Shown piece by piece: positions 48,276 through 58,802 of a stretch of 64,000 nucleotides of DNA. The notes beneath the pieces are model-generated. The model made no database searches, was not told the DNA's origin, and worked only from the letters and a program-made list of their open reading frames with translations. A program made the position numbers and the translations under genes. Numbering within the stretch: the first letter of the stretch is position 1; each line of letters opens with the position of its first letter. Source of the DNA: Synechococcaceae cyanobacterium SM2_3_2 (GTDB lineage Bacteria; Cyanobacteriota; Cyanobacteriia; Thermostichales; Thermostichaceae); NCBI GenBank assembly GCA_012031565.1, contig JAAUUM010000001.1, forward strand, positions 6,981-70,980, in the 5' to 3' direction.

Positions 48276-48599
48276 CTACTCTAGAGTCTCAGTCTGCTCA
48301 CTGTTACCACCCTCACTCTCTTGTTCTGGCTCATGCTCTGGCCGGACGCGGCGGATGGGCATATTGGCGATCAGAGCAGTGGTGCTGCCCTCACTGGCCA
48401 GATTAAATTGCAGCCCCTCCGAGTCGATCTCCACATAGCGAGAGACTACCGCCAAGATTTCTTGTCGCATCGACTCCATCGCCGCAGGAGTCAGGTCCGC
48501 CCGATCATGGGCCAAAATCAACTTCAATCGCTGCTTGGCTTGGCTGCGTGGCTCCCCGTCTGAACGAGAGAAAAAATGCTCGATAAAGTCTAGTAGCAT
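48276..48599 (-). CDS. minE: Cell division topological specificity factor MinE
   Basis: 107 aa; SQAKQRLKLILAHDRADLTPAAMESMRQEILAVVSRYVEID is typical of MinE. Confidence 0.9.
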   Translation of the reverse strand: MLLDFIEHFFSRSDGEPRSQAKQRLKLILAHDRADLTPAAMESMRQEILAVVSRYVEIDSEGLQFNLASEGSTTALIANMPIRRVRPEHEPEQESEGGNSEQTETLE

Positions 48600-48610
48600 T
48601 GGATCCCTCG

Positions 48611-49417
48611 CTAGATCACTTTATGGTTCAGAAACCGCTTGAGGCGGGTAAAAAAGGTATCGTTCAGCATATCCAAGTCCAAGAAGGGCACCGCTTCCCC
48701 CTGAATGCGGCGGGCGATATTGGAGATGGCAATGCCAGCGGCGGGCAATTGAGCGGACAAAACCAGTGGCTCGCCTTTATTGGTGGAGACGATCACCTCC
48801 CGATCTTCGGGCACCAGTCCCAACAGGGGGATGGCTAAAATCTCCACAACATCTTCCACCGACATCATCTGACCCGCTGCCACCATATCAGGTCGGACTC
48901 GATTGACGATCAGTCGGCTCGGGCTGATTTGGGCGGCCTCCAACAGTCCCACCACCCGATCGGCATCGCGGGCTGCGGAGAGTTCTGGAGTCGTGACCAC
49001 AATGGCTTCATGGGCACCAGCAATGGCATTGCGAAACCCCTGCTCGATCCCGGCGGGGCAATCGATCAGCACATAGTCATAGCTCTTGGATAAAGCTTCT
49101 GATAATTGCTTCATTTGCGCTGGGGTGACGGCAGTTTTATTGCGGGTCTGCGCGGCAGGCAACAAGGCTAGATTGGGGGTGCGTTTATCTTTGACCAGAG
49201 CCTGTTCGAGGCGACAGTCTCCACTCAGCACGTCCAAGGCGGTGTAGACGACCCGATTTTCTAGCCCTAACAGCAAATCTAAATTGCGTAGACCAAAATC
49301 AGCATCGATCACCGCCACAGAGTGATTTAGCCGCGCCAGAGCTGTGCCCAAGTTGGCAGTAATGGTGGTTTTGCCCACCCCTCCCTTGCCGGAGGTCATC
49401 ACGATTACACGGCTCAT
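48611..49417 (-). CDS. minD: Septum site-determining ATPase MinD
   Basis: The ATG at 49417 gives MSRVIVMTSGKGGVGKTT (deviant Walker A). The maximal ORF extends to 49474. The start overlaps the minC stop. Confidence 0.95.
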   Translation of the reverse strand: MSRVIVMTSGKGGVGKTTITANLGTALARLNHSVAVIDADFGLRNLDLLLGLENRVVYTALDVLSGDCRLEQALVKDKRTPNLALLPAAQTRNKTAVTPAQMKQLSEALSKSYDYVLIDCPAGIEQGFRNAIAGAHEAIVVTTPELSAARDADRVVGLLEAAQISPSRLIVNRVRPDMVAAGQMMSVEDVVEILAIPLLGLVPEDREVIVSTNKGEPLVLSAQLPAAGIAISNIARRIQGEAVPFLDLDMLNDTFFTRLKRFLNHKVI

Positions 49418-50163
49418 CAGCGTTCCTTTTGATCCCGATACATCGACAGATACTCTCCCACAGGCGTGATGCAAATCTCTCCGGCTTGCAGATAGGCTAC
49501 TTCAGGGGTGGTAGGGGATCCCTCTGGCAAGCGAGCCACCTGATCTGCGATCCGCAACTGGGCCGGTTGCAGATTCAGAGCCAGAATAACAGCTTGTGGA
49601 TCCCCCGCATGGGCATCCTGCTTTTGGAAAGGGCAGCCTGCGTGGGCCAAGCCTCTCAATCGCCCCAAAACTACAATATCGCCCGCTGCGCTGACTTCGG
49701 CACCCGGATTGATATCTCCCAGGATCACCACCGTGCCTTGGTGGCGAATCTCTACCCCAGAGCGCAGGGTGTTTTGGATATAGAGCGGCGGGGATGGGAT
49801 CACGGTCTGGGCCGGAATCGACGGGGATCCCTGCTCCACAGAATACCCCAGTTGAGCCGCTGCCACAGCCGTTGAACGACAGGTGGTTGCCACCCGCCAG
49901 AGGCTGAGATGATGATGGTGCAATAGGGTGGCCAATGCTTGCAGTTGATGCAGCTCCAGGCTGCGAACACCCGCCCACAAGGTCAACGGGATCCCGGGGG
50001 GTCTGCCTTTGCGGGGCCAGCGATGTCCTCCCAATAGCCCTTGCAAAGACTCCCAGACGTCTGCCCACTCGATCTCAACCGGGGGCAGATGCAGATGAAA
50101 CCCATCCGATCCCGCTCGCAGTTGAACGGCCTGGGCAAATTGAGAGGTGAGGGACGCGACCAT
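49417..50163 (-). CDS. minC: Septum site-determining protein MinC
   Basis: 248 aa. C-terminal beta-helix region LRSGVEIRHQGTVVILGDINPGAEVSAAGDIVVLGRLRGLAHAG. Confidence 0.85.
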   Translation of the reverse strand: MVASLTSQFAQAVQLRAGSDGFHLHLPPVEIEWADVWESLQGLLGGHRWPRKGRPPGIPLTLWAGVRSLELHQLQALATLLHHHHLSLWRVATTCRSTAVAAAQLGYSVEQGSPSIPAQTVIPSPPLYIQNTLRSGVEIRHQGTVVILGDINPGAEVSAAGDIVVLGRLRGLAHAGCPFQKQDAHAGDPQAVILALNLQPAQLRIADQVARLPEGSPTTPEVAYLQAGEICITPVGEYLSMYRDQKER

Positions 50164-50223
50164 AGTTCCTTGTGCTGGGAACCACAGCGGCTTCCCTCAG
50201 CCTAAGACTGACTTAATCCAGAC

Positions 50224-52071
50224 TCAACGAAAGACAATCTCGGCAATAGCCGCTAACCCAGCATCCAACAACTGATCTAATACTGCCTGAGCCGCCGAGC
50301 GACTGGAATAGAGGCCAGCATCTAGGACATTGGTGCCATTAAACACCGTCTCCCGAGCTTCAGGAGCAATTTGACGCACCCGATCAAGGTCGCCTGAAGC
50401 AGGAGACGTCACCAGGACACGAAACTGGGTGCCATCGGCTGCGGCCACCGGCTCAGTCTGGGGGCTGGGGGGAGCGGCAACGGGCGCGGGATCCACTGGG
50501 GCTGTTGGGGCTTGGGCAGGTCGTTGTCCAGGCGGGGGCAACAGGGTGGTGATATCGGTCAGAGTGGCACCATTAGTATCGCCTTGAGTGGCAGTGACTG
50601 AAGTGGGGCTGGCGGGACTGGATGGATTACCCCCCACAGCTGAAACCTCAGATCCACTGGGGGTAAAAGGCACCACCTGGAAGCTGTCAGGCCCACTGGC
50701 AGGCTGCTGAGCCACGGTCGGCACAGGGGTAGGAGTCTGGGGGACGGGAGTGGGAGATATAGCCACGGGGACTTGCTCCACAGGCGATTCGCTGGCCGGT
50801 ACCGCTACCGTGGGCAAGCCTTGGGCAGCGGTGGGCTGGGCTGCTGGTGGTGCTGGTGCGGCAACAGGGGTCTCTGCTGGAGGCTCGGCCACCGCAGGGG
50901 TAGTGGTGGGCAAAGTCAGGGATCCCTCGGCGACGGCCCCCGGAGCTTGGCTAGCAGCAGTGGGGACTGAGGCTTGTCCAGCGGTAGAAACTTCCCCTTT
51001 TAAGGCTCCGCCAAAGTTGTTGCCGAAAGCGGCCACCTGGATCCCACGGGTGGAGTTGTTGACATCAAACTCGCCGTTGCCCTCGAAGATATTGTTGCCA
51101 GGATCGGAGGCAGTGCCCAAGTCAGGTGCCCCCAATGTGATTGCCACCAAACCCGATTGCAGGTTACGGCTGATCAGGTTGCCCCGCAGTTTGGGGGTAG
51201 AGTTCCCTCCCACGATCACCCCAGCTCGGTTTTGCAGAATGCGATTGTCTTGAATTGTGGGGGATGAGCGCTGGTCAACCGTGATGCCAAAGCCGGTCTC
51301 TTGGAAGAGATTATTGACGATGGTGGGGGTTGAGGTGCCGAGGATGGAAATGCCGTTGGCCCCATTTTGATAAAAGCGGTTGCCTTCAATCCAGGGGGCA
51401 GACTGGCCCGCCACAAACACCCCATCATGGATGTTGCCGACAAAGCTGTTGTTGTAGATTTTGGGATTGGCAGACTCGACCCAAACGGCATAGCCGCGTC
51501 GCCCTTCGTTGCGAACCGTGACACCGCGAATCTCGGCCTCTCCCCGTGCCAAAATCGCCACACTCTGACGAGAAACAGTCGGGCTGACATAGGTGCCGCC
51601 CCCGGCGATCAAAAAGCCTTCACCCAGAGTGCTTTCATCCCCACGCAGGATCTGGCCCGATTGCAACTCGATGGGAAATTGCTCGCCACTGGCCTCAGAG
51701 TAGATGCCTGGGAACAGCTGAATCAGGGATCCAGCCGGAGCACGAGAGGAGGCAAACGTGATGGTCTGATAGGGGGCTGTCCGGGATCCATTGCCCTGGC
51801 TATCGCTGCCATTCTGGGCATCCACAAAGACGGCATTGAGGGTATCCGGCACAGGCGGTACGGAGGGAGATTGCTGCTGTCCCGACAAGTCCACATCCAA
51901 GCTGGCTTGAGCTTGGGCCGCATCGGGCACAGTCAGGACTATCATCAGCCCCAGAGAACTGCTGAAGGACAGAGCACTGAGCAAGACTGCAAGACCTGTT
52001 ACCAAGGCAGGCTGTGACCTGCGCTGGGTGGGATGTGAGTGGCGATCGCTTTGGGGAGCCAGAAGAGCCAT
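50224..52071 (-). CDS. Secreted DUF1565/right-handed parallel beta-helix protein with Pro-rich linker and SPOR-like C-terminal domain
   Basis: Signal sequence; GNGSRTAPYQTITFASSRAPAGSLIQLFPGIYS (DUF1565-type start); repeated NN/GN beta-helix rungs; about 180 aa of P/A/T-rich sequence; C-terminus FRVLVTSPASGDLDRVRQIAP...GLYSSRSAAQAVLDQLLDAGLAAIAEIV. Confidence 0.7.
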   Translation of the reverse strand: MALLAPQSDRHSHPTQRRSQPALVTGLAVLLSALSFSSSLGLMIVLTVPDAAQAQASLDVDLSGQQQSPSVPPVPDTLNAVFVDAQNGSDSQGNGSRTAPYQTITFASSRAPAGSLIQLFPGIYSEASGEQFPIELQSGQILRGDESTLGEGFLIAGGGTYVSPTVSRQSVAILARGEAEIRGVTVRNEGRRGYAVWVESANPKIYNNSFVGNIHDGVFVAGQSAPWIEGNRFYQNGANGISILGTSTPTIVNNLFQETGFGITVDQRSSPTIQDNRILQNRAGVIVGGNSTPKLRGNLISRNLQSGLVAITLGAPDLGTASDPGNNIFEGNGEFDVNNSTRGIQVAAFGNNFGGALKGEVSTAGQASVPTAASQAPGAVAEGSLTLPTTTPAVAEPPAETPVAAPAPPAAQPTAAQGLPTVAVPASESPVEQVPVAISPTPVPQTPTPVPTVAQQPASGPDSFQVVPFTPSGSEVSAVGGNPSSPASPTSVTATQGDTNGATLTDITTLLPPPGQRPAQAPTAPVDPAPVAAPPSPQTEPVAAADGTQFRVLVTSPASGDLDRVRQIAPEARETVFNGTNVLDAGLYSSRSAAQAVLDQLLDAGLAAIAEIVFR

Positions 52072-52588
52072 GAGACCTTATCCTCGCACCGAAGGTGCAG
52101 CTAACTAGTAACGAACGATGGACTAACAGAGCTGAGAACGTTGATCAAGTTGATCAAAAGTGAGAACAACCGCAGGAGAGGAGGGTAAGGCTAGGGAGCA
52201 AGGCAACGGTGTTGACGACAGCCCAGCTTCAACCTTTGCAGGATCCTGAATCAATCAGAAATCGCGGCTATTGTAGCAGGAAAATATCCAGCCCACAGAT
52301 ACGGTTTTGTACAGCCTCAGCAGGCCAATGGAACCAATGAGACTCACCTGATTGGGATCCAATCTTAAAGTGCCATGGAAGTGCCATGATAAACCTCAAG
52401 AATGACCCTACACCATCACCCATAGTTGGTGAAGTATCACTCGCAAGGTATTGTCCACTATATCCAGAGTTAAGGGCTTGAGCACGAGAGAAGACTCCAC
52501 TTCCAAAATCCGCAGGGTTCGGTATGCTAGAGCACTCGAAGGGGCAAAACGCTGAGCTATCATGAGTCTTAAATTCAGATGAGATCCG

Positions 52589-52783
52589 ATGACATCTCCA
52601 GTGACATCTCCAGCATCAACACACTCTGAAACAGCCGTGTGGGAATCCCTCCGGCAGGCCATTGTCGAAAGCTCAGGCTTCAAGAGATGGCTAAATGGCC
52701 GCTCTTGCCCCACCAGCCCAACCGAACTAGACCATGTGGTACACCAGTACCTCGAACAGACTCTCAGCACCCTGGCCTACTAG
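52589..52783 (+). CDS. Small hypothetical protein
   Basis: 64-aa ORF (…AVWESLRQAIVESSGFKRWL…QYLEQTLSTLAY) starting with an in-frame 2 x 12-nt duplication (52591-52614). It overlaps a 120-aa antisense ORF that I consider less likely. Confidence 0.4.
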   Translation: MTSPVTSPASTHSETAVWESLRQAIVESSGFKRWLNGRSCPTSPTELDHVVHQYLEQTLSTLAY

Positions 52784-52994
52784 TCTTGCACTGATGAGGC
52801 AGCCCACTTAGAGCCTTTAGTTAGTGTAGTTAGTGTTGGATTGCCAGCAGGTTTTGTCCTATCTTTGCCCGCCATTCTTTGCCAACCATAGGGATCCTTT
52901 CCTCTTCAAGCTTCAGCTAGGATTTCCAGGCATCATGATATGCATGATTGACTATCACGATATTGACCATCATCATGACATTGACAGAGCAACC

Positions 52995-54137
52995 CTATTC
53001 CAACAAGGCCAAGTTGTCGCGGTGAATGATGGTATCGACCCCGCGATAGCCGACGGTGGCAGCAATGTCAGTGGTTCGCTTGCCCCGCAACTGTTGGATC
53101 TCGTCTGAGCCGTAGTTGACCAAGCCACGCCCCACTTCCCTTCCGCCCGGATCCATCAGGCTGACCGCCGCTCCCTCCTCAAAGGATCCCGTCACCGTGA
53201 TGATGCCCGCCGGTAACAGCGACCGCCCCTGCTCACACACCGCCCGCACCGCCCCAGCATCCAAGACCAGGGATCCCTCAGGTAGCAGGCCATAGGCGAT
53301 CCACCGCTTGCGGGCGCGGGCGGGCTCCGGGTCAGGGTCAAAGCGCGTACCCACTGACTCGCCGGCCAAGATGGCTGCGATCTTGTCGGGATGGCGACTG
53401 CTGGTGATCACGGTGGTCACCCCCGCAGAGGTGGCGATCTGAGCTGCGGTTAGTTTGGTGGCCATGCCGCCGGTGCCCCAACCACTTTTGCCCTGGGATC
53501 CCGCCTCTACCAGCAAGGGCATCCCCCGCGTGACCCGCTCAATGGGCTCAGCCAAGGGATCCCGGGTGGGATCTGCCGAATAGAGCCGATCCACGTCCGT
53601 CAGCAAAATCAGCCAAGCCGCTTCCACCATGCTGGCCACCAGGGCTGAGAGAGAATCATTATCCCCAAAGCGCAATTCCTCAGTGGCGACCGTATCGTTC
53701 TCATTGACGATCGGGATCACCCCCATCTGAAGCAACTGTTCTAAGGTATGGCGGGCATTGAGATAGCGACCCCGATCCACCAAATCTGCCCGTGTTAACA
53801 ACACCTGTGCAATGGGCTGATCCAAAGACGAGAACAGATCGTCATAGATCCGCATCAGCCGCCCTTGGCCCACCGCCGCCACCGCTTGTTTTTCGGCGAT
53901 GGTGGCTGGACGCTGTTTGAGCCCCAACCGAGCACAGCCCACCCCCACAGCCCCCGAGGAGACCAATATGACGGGCCTTCCCTGCCGCCGCAGCCGCACA
54001 ATCTCTTCTACCAGGGCAGCCATGATCGAGAGTCGCAAGCCTCCCCCCACCGGCCCATTGGGATCCGTCAGGCTAGAGGTGCCAATCTTGAGCACAATGG
54101 CGGTACGCGGTGACGGCTGAGAATGGCTCTGCTCCAC
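52995..54137 (-). CDS. proB: Glutamate 5-kinase
   Basis: 380 aa. [23 protein letters not shown], a C-terminal PUA domain ([13 protein letters not shown]...GRSLLPAGI). Confidence 0.9.
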   Translation of the reverse strand: MEQSHSQPSPRTAIVLKIGTSSLTDPNGPVGGGLRLSIMAALVEEIVRLRRQGRPVILVSSGAVGVGCARLGLKQRPATIAEKQAVAAVGQGRLMRIYDDLFSSLDQPIAQVLLTRADLVDRGRYLNARHTLEQLLQMGVIPIVNENDTVATEELRFGDNDSLSALVASMVEAAWLILLTDVDRLYSADPTRDPLAEPIERVTRGMPLLVEAGSQGKSGWGTGGMATKLTAAQIATSAGVTTVITSSRHPDKIAAILAGESVGTRFDPDPEPARARKRWIAYGLLPEGSLVLDAGAVRAVCEQGRSLLPAGIITVTGSFEEGAAVSLMDPGGREVGRGLVNYGSDEIQQLRGKRTTDIAATVGYRGVDTIIHRDNLALLE

Positions 54138-54290
54138 AACAAGGATCCCTTACGATATTTCCTCACTTTAGAAGAAAGGGATCCCTGCCGGAGAAGGAGG
54201 CTGAAGAGGAGGGGGAACGGCTATGAGAAGATAGGGGGCGAGGACTGATTTATTCAAACCTGATTTATTCGAACAAGGATCAATATCATC

Positions 54291-55577
54291 GTGGTTTATG
54301 GACTTGGGATCCTAGGGTTAGGAACAGTGGGAACTGGGGTGGCGCAGATCCTTCGCCACAGCGATCATCCGCTTTTACAGGCTGTGGCCATCCGGCGCGT
54401 GGGGGTGCGCTCAATCGACAAACCGCGAGATGTGGATTTAGCTCCTGAGCTGTTCACCACCGATCTGTCCAGCATCGTCACGGATCCCACGGTGGCGATT
54501 GTCATGGAGCTGATGGGGGGGCTAGAACCAGCCCGGTCGTTGATCCTGTCCGCCATCGCCCACAAAAAACATATCATTACGGCCAACAAAGCTGTCATTG
54601 CTAAGCATGGGGCCGAGATCTTTGCAGCAGCCCAAGCCGCTGGGGTCTATGTCTTGCTAGAGGCTGCTGTGGGGGGAGGGATCCCGATTTTGATGCCGCT
54701 GCGTCAGTCCCTTGCCGCCAATCGCCTCAGTGGCTTGTTGGGCATCATCAACGGCACCACCAATTTTATTCTCAGCCAGATGACCTTCAACAGCATGAGC
54801 TTTGAGGCAGCTTTGGCCCTAGCTCAAGACAAAGGCTATGCCGAAGCGGATCCCACTGCCGATGTGGATGGCCTGGATGCCGCCGATAAGTTGGCCATTT
54901 TGGCGGAGATTGCCTTTAACCTGCAAGTAGAGCGCGACCAAATTCCCTGCCAAGGGATCCGATCCATTACCGCCGCCGACATTCGCTATGCCGCCGAGTG
55001 GGGCTATGTGATCAAACTGTTGGCCATTGCCCATCGCCACAGCGATCACGTCCTGGATCTGCGGGTGCAGCCCACTTTGGTGCCTCGGGCTCATCCCCTA
55101 GCCAGCATTCACCAAGAAGCCAATGCGGTTTTGGTGCAAGGGGATCCCTTGGGGCAGGTGATGCTCTCGGGGCCGGGGGCGGGCCGAGGCCCTACCGCCA
55201 GTGCGGTGATGGGGGATCTACTGACGCTGATGGCCCAATTGGAGACGGGATCCCAGACTTCAGGGCTCAACCCGCTCTTGAGTGCCGCTCCGACTGTGAC
55301 GGCTGAGTTGGCCTTCACCGATGACCTCTGTTCTGAGTTTTATGTGCGGGTGATTGGCCTCGATCAGACGGGGGTGATTGGGGCGATTGGCACCTGTTTC
55401 GGCTCCTGTGGGGTCAGCTTGGAGGGCATTACCCAAAAAGCCTGTCATGGGGAACAGGCGGAGATCGTCATCCTCACCCATACTGTCCAAGAGAAGAATC
55501 TCCGTGCCGCCATTACTCAGTTACAGGTGATGCCCGGAATCGTCGGGATCCCAAGTGTCCTGCGGGTGCTGAGTTAA
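54291..55577 (+). CDS. hom: Homoserine dehydrogenase
   Basis: LGILGLGTVGTGVAQIL NAD motif, ITANKA, GIINGTTNFILS, DVDGLDAADKLAILA, and a C-terminal ACT-like domain. Confidence 0.9.
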   Translation: MVYGLGILGLGTVGTGVAQILRHSDHPLLQAVAIRRVGVRSIDKPRDVDLAPELFTTDLSSIVTDPTVAIVMELMGGLEPARSLILSAIAHKKHIITANKAVIAKHGAEIFAAAQAAGVYVLLEAAVGGGIPILMPLRQSLAANRLSGLLGIINGTTNFILSQMTFNSMSFEAALALAQDKGYAEADPTADVDGLDAADKLAILAEIAFNLQVERDQIPCQGIRSITAADIRYAAEWGYVIKLLAIAHRHSDHVLDLRVQPTLVPRAHPLASIHQEANAVLVQGDPLGQVMLSGPGAGRGPTASAVMGDLLTLMAQLETGSQTSGLNPLLSAAPTVTAELAFTDDLCSEFYVRVIGLDQTGVIGAIGTCFGSCGVSLEGITQKACHGEQAEIVILTHTVQEKNLRAAITQLQVMPGIVGIPSVLRVLS

Positions 55578-55606
55578 AAATAGGGGGGGATGCCATTTTG
55601 AGACTC

Positions 55607-55634
55607 TCGGTTCCAGTGATTCGGTTCCAGTGAT
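55607..55634. repeat. Perfect tandem duplication, 2 x 14 nt (tcggttccagtgat)
   Basis: Read directly in the hom/pstS-like spacer. Confidence 0.9.
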
Positions 55635-55703
55635 TCAGAAACTCAAAGCCGATATTATTAAAGAGTCTTGGACAAAGCCTGCCACTGAAAACGGAGTTAC
55701 TCG

Positions 55704-56771
55704 ATGTCTGGACGAAAAGGCCCGCCTCCCATTGTCTATATGTTGGCTGGGCTGCTGCTAGCCGGTGGGGGCTGGTATTTCTTTCGTAATTCGGATGGTT
55801 TCCGCGACTTGACCCGTCACATTCCAGGCATCGGCTCGGGCACAAGCGACAACAATCCTTCCCCCATCTCTACCCCCCTCGTGACCGAGACTGGGGATCC
55901 CAGTGCTGCTCCCACCGATTTGCCCACGGCCTCAGATCCTGCCACTAACCAGGCGGGCACTACCCCTGCTAACAATCTTGTGGCTGCTCTTGAGACCACT
56001 CTGCCCAATCCCGCAGTGATTCGGATGGATGGCAGCGTCACGATGGTGGGTCTGACGGTGGGCTTAAAGGCTATCTTTACTCAACAAAATCCAACCGTTG
56101 CCCTAACTTATGGCGTCCCGGATGGTCAACCCCGGGGATCCAATTCGGGTATGCAAGCCTTGCTAAATGGCGAGATCGAGCTGGCGGCTACCTCTCGTCC
56201 TCTCAATGCCACAGAAATCCAAGCTGGGATCCGAGCGATCCCGGTGGCCCGAGATGCCTTGGCGGTGGTGGTGGGTGCTGACAATCCCTATCAGGGCGGG
56301 CTCAGCATGGAACAACTGGCAGATATCTTTCGAGGTCGCATCACCAACTGGAACCAAGTCGGGGGGCCAGACCGCTCGATTCGAGTGCTCAATCGCTCAC
56401 TTGACAGTGGCACTCACTCCTTATTTCAAGATCTTGTTCTGTTGGGACAACCCTTTGCGCCCGATGGCCCCTCCTTCATCACCTTTGAACAGGATGTCAC
56501 CACCCCCATTCTGCGAGCCCTGCAAACCGATGGGATCAGCTACACCACAGTGGCTCAGGCTGATAACCAGCTGACAGTTCGCATCGTTCCTATTAATGAC
56601 ATCCGACCCACAGACGCTGCTGCGGTGGGAGAGGGGCGCTATCCTCTCAGTCGTTTCGTTTTCTTTGCAGTCCCCACCCCTACCAGTCCCGTTGTCCAAG
56701 ACCTCCTGGAACTTGTCTTATCGTCTCAAGGTCAGTCGGTGGTCGGGCGATCTGACTTTTTGCCGTTGTAA
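55704..56771 (+). CDS. PstS-family (PBP-like 2) substrate-binding protein with N-terminal membrane anchor and Pro/Thr-rich linker
   Basis: TM anchor PPIVYMLAGLLLAGGGWYFF, then IRMDGSVTMVGL..., ATSRPLNATEIQAG, ITNWNQVGG, NRSLDSGTHSLF. Confidence 0.75.
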   Translation: MSGRKGPPPIVYMLAGLLLAGGGWYFFRNSDGFRDLTRHIPGIGSGTSDNNPSPISTPLVTETGDPSAAPTDLPTASDPATNQAGTTPANNLVAALETTLPNPAVIRMDGSVTMVGLTVGLKAIFTQQNPTVALTYGVPDGQPRGSNSGMQALLNGEIELAATSRPLNATEIQAGIRAIPVARDALAVVVGADNPYQGGLSMEQLADIFRGRITNWNQVGGPDRSIRVLNRSLDSGTHSLFQDLVLLGQPFAPDGPSFITFEQDVTTPILRALQTDGISYTTVAQADNQLTVRIVPINDIRPTDAAAVGEGRYPLSRFVFFAVPTPTSPVVQDLLELVLSSQGQSVVGRSDFLPL

Positions 56772-56868
56772 CTTTTTGATGTTGTGGGCAGCATGAGGCA
56801 ATTGAGGCATATCAGGATAACAGAATGTTGAGTTAGCTTCCCGACTAGACCACTTTCGAGATTTAGCC

Positions 56869-56890
56869 AATCCGCATGAAATCCGCATGA
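56869..56890. repeat. Perfect tandem duplication, 2 x 11 nt (aatccgcatga)
   Basis: Read directly. Confidence 0.9.
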
Positions 56891-56972
56891 CAAGATAGGT
56901 TTTTTGTTGGGATCCCGGCTTGTTGATCAACGGTGAGTTAAGGTGCTGAGTGTCAAGGCGAGGTTGTAGCTA

Positions 56973-57512
56973 ATGCGAGATTACTCCACTCGATTCAACG
57001 GTCGCTTGGAAGTTTCTGGACATCCACGTTGGAGTTACGAAGGATTGTTTGCATACTTGGATCCCTCTGGACTATCCCTTCCACGCCTCGAATCCAGCGC
57101 GCCTCAGATCATGAACAGTGGCCCTCACATCACAATAGCCTGCCTGAGCCCGGTAGTCTTCATCAATGCAATCTACTACTCACGTACGAGTACACTAACT
57201 TTCTCTCAATCAGGCGACTATGTGGGATCCATTCAATCTTATGGTGGTCATGTGTGTGCGGATTTAGGGACAGGTACATACCCTCTTAGGGACGTTAAAG
57301 TTTGCTTCATGTTCCACTCACTGCGTACCGAAATCCTAATAACTGGATCCTGTGGAGCTGCCTTACCGTGGACGTTTCAGGGCGTAAGTCCTCCACAAGA
57401 TAAGCCTCAACTCGATGCTTTCTTTGTCGTTCCTGACTCAGACCTACAGACGTTCCTTGATAGTGAAGTTTCTGTTACAGCTTTCAAACGAAACCGTTCC
57501 TTATGTGTTTAA
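56973..57512 (+). CDS. Orphan hypothetical protein
   Basis: 179-aa ORF in an AT-richer patch next to IS debris. No family recognised and no obvious signal peptide. Confidence 0.35.
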   Translation: MRDYSTRFNGRLEVSGHPRWSYEGLFAYLDPSGLSLPRLESSAPQIMNSGPHITIACLSPVVFINAIYYSRTSTLTFSQSGDYVGSIQSYGGHVCADLGTGTYPLRDVKVCFMFHSLRTEILITGSCGAALPWTFQGVSPPQDKPQLDAFFVVPDSDLQTFLDSEVSVTAFKRNRSLCV

Positions 57513-57838
57513 TCAGTTGTCTCAGTTGCTGGTAGGACTTGATTCTGTCCTCTGGCTGCCGTTCTCTGTAGCTGAGAAGTTTTTTTGCGAGTGATTTTCA
57601 TCTCCTTGAGGGCGTACCAGATGGAGCTGACTTTCACCCCAAACTTGTTGGCTCTATCGATGAGTCTGGCGTCTGGGTGATCCAGCACATCTTGTCTGAG
57701 GGCTTCCCAGTCTAGTTTGCGTTGACGACGTTTAACTTTAATAGGCTCAAGGTTGGGTTGAGCGAGCCAGCGATAAATAGTGGCTCTGCCCATCTGATAA
57801 AGCTGGGCTGCATTTGAGATGCCGCCGCCTTGTTCCAC
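57509..57838 (-). pseudogene. IS630-family transposase N-terminal fragment
   Basis: VEQGGGISNAAQLYQMGRATIYRWLAQ...KFGVKVSSIWYALKEMKITRKK. The native MP..SVDLKIRVLQF start further upstream (to about 57880) is broken by a TAA. No DDE part follows. Confidence 0.65.
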
Positions 57839-57948
57839 AAACTGGAGGACTCTGATTTTAAGGTCTACACTTTAAGGCATGGGTGCTTCCTTCCTGTCCA
57901 GCTAACTGCGTCTCATATCTATGAGAAATTACTATAGTTCTAGGCAGA

Positions 57949-58221
57949 TTGAATTCAGCAGGATTTGAGCAGTGGCTGAAAGACTTTCTCATACCCACCT
58001 TAAACCAGGTAATGGTAGTAGTAATGGACAACTCACCGATTCATCGGAAGAGCGCCATCAAGAGAATAGTTGAAGCAGCGAGGCAGGAGGTCTTGTTTCT
58101 ACCGACCTACTCACCTGACTTGAATGCCATCGAGCATGACTTTGCTGTGCTGAAGAGAGCGAGGATGTATGCCAATAGCGAGAAGACGTTGGATGACATT
58201 GTAAGAGACTACTGTTCTTAA
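57949..58221 (+). pseudogene. IS630-family transposase C-terminal (DDE) fragment
   Basis: VVVMDNSPIHRKSAIKRIVEAARQEVLFLPTYSPDLNAIEHDFAVLKR is the last DDE_3 segment. It sits directly after a terminal-repeat-like sequence (57910-57937), which implies an internal deletion. Confidence 0.65.
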
Positions 58222-58304
58222 CCCTGTCTCATCTTTATCCTAAATTGCCATATGTCTGACAAACTGGTGAGGCCACAGTCCTGCTAAAAACATTCCAGGA
58301 TGAT

Positions 58305-58658
58305 TCAATAGCTGCCAAACCCCTTCTCCGCAAATAGCCGTTGCTTCAGTTTTGCCAGTACCTCCCCCCGAATCTGAGGCAACGCTCCAAGCGCTTTCTT
58401 TTCCTCTAGCAGCGCGGGTAAGCTTCCTTGACGATACAAAGACAACCAACGGCTAATGCTGGCGGGACTACGTCCCAAGCGCTCGCCAATTGCCTGCCAA
58501 TAGCGGATTTGGTTAGTCTTGATCCACCACAGCAACTGCAACCACTCTTTGCAGAATCCCGTTTTCGCCTGCTTCAAGCTTTTCTCCAGAAAGGTATCAC
58601 TTTCTGTAATCTCGATGAGGGAGGGGCGAACCAACCTATCTACCCTCTCGATCGCCAT
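58305..58658 (-). pseudogene. IS630-family transposase N-terminal fragment (second type)
   Basis: ...IGERLGRSPASISRWLSLYRQGSLPALLEEKKALGALPQIRGEV... It starts 4 nt inside a terminal-repeat-like sequence (58662-58690) and is truncated after about 117 codons. Confidence 0.6.
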
Positions 58659-58802
58659 TCCCTACTATAGTAATTTCAACTAAGAATGAGACAACTGGAT
58701 GCCGATCTCAATTCTCCGTTGATACCATTCTTCTCCTCAGCACAGAGGTGGGGAGCAATACAAGCTGTCTTAGTATTAATCGAAATTACTGTATGCTCAA
58801 CT

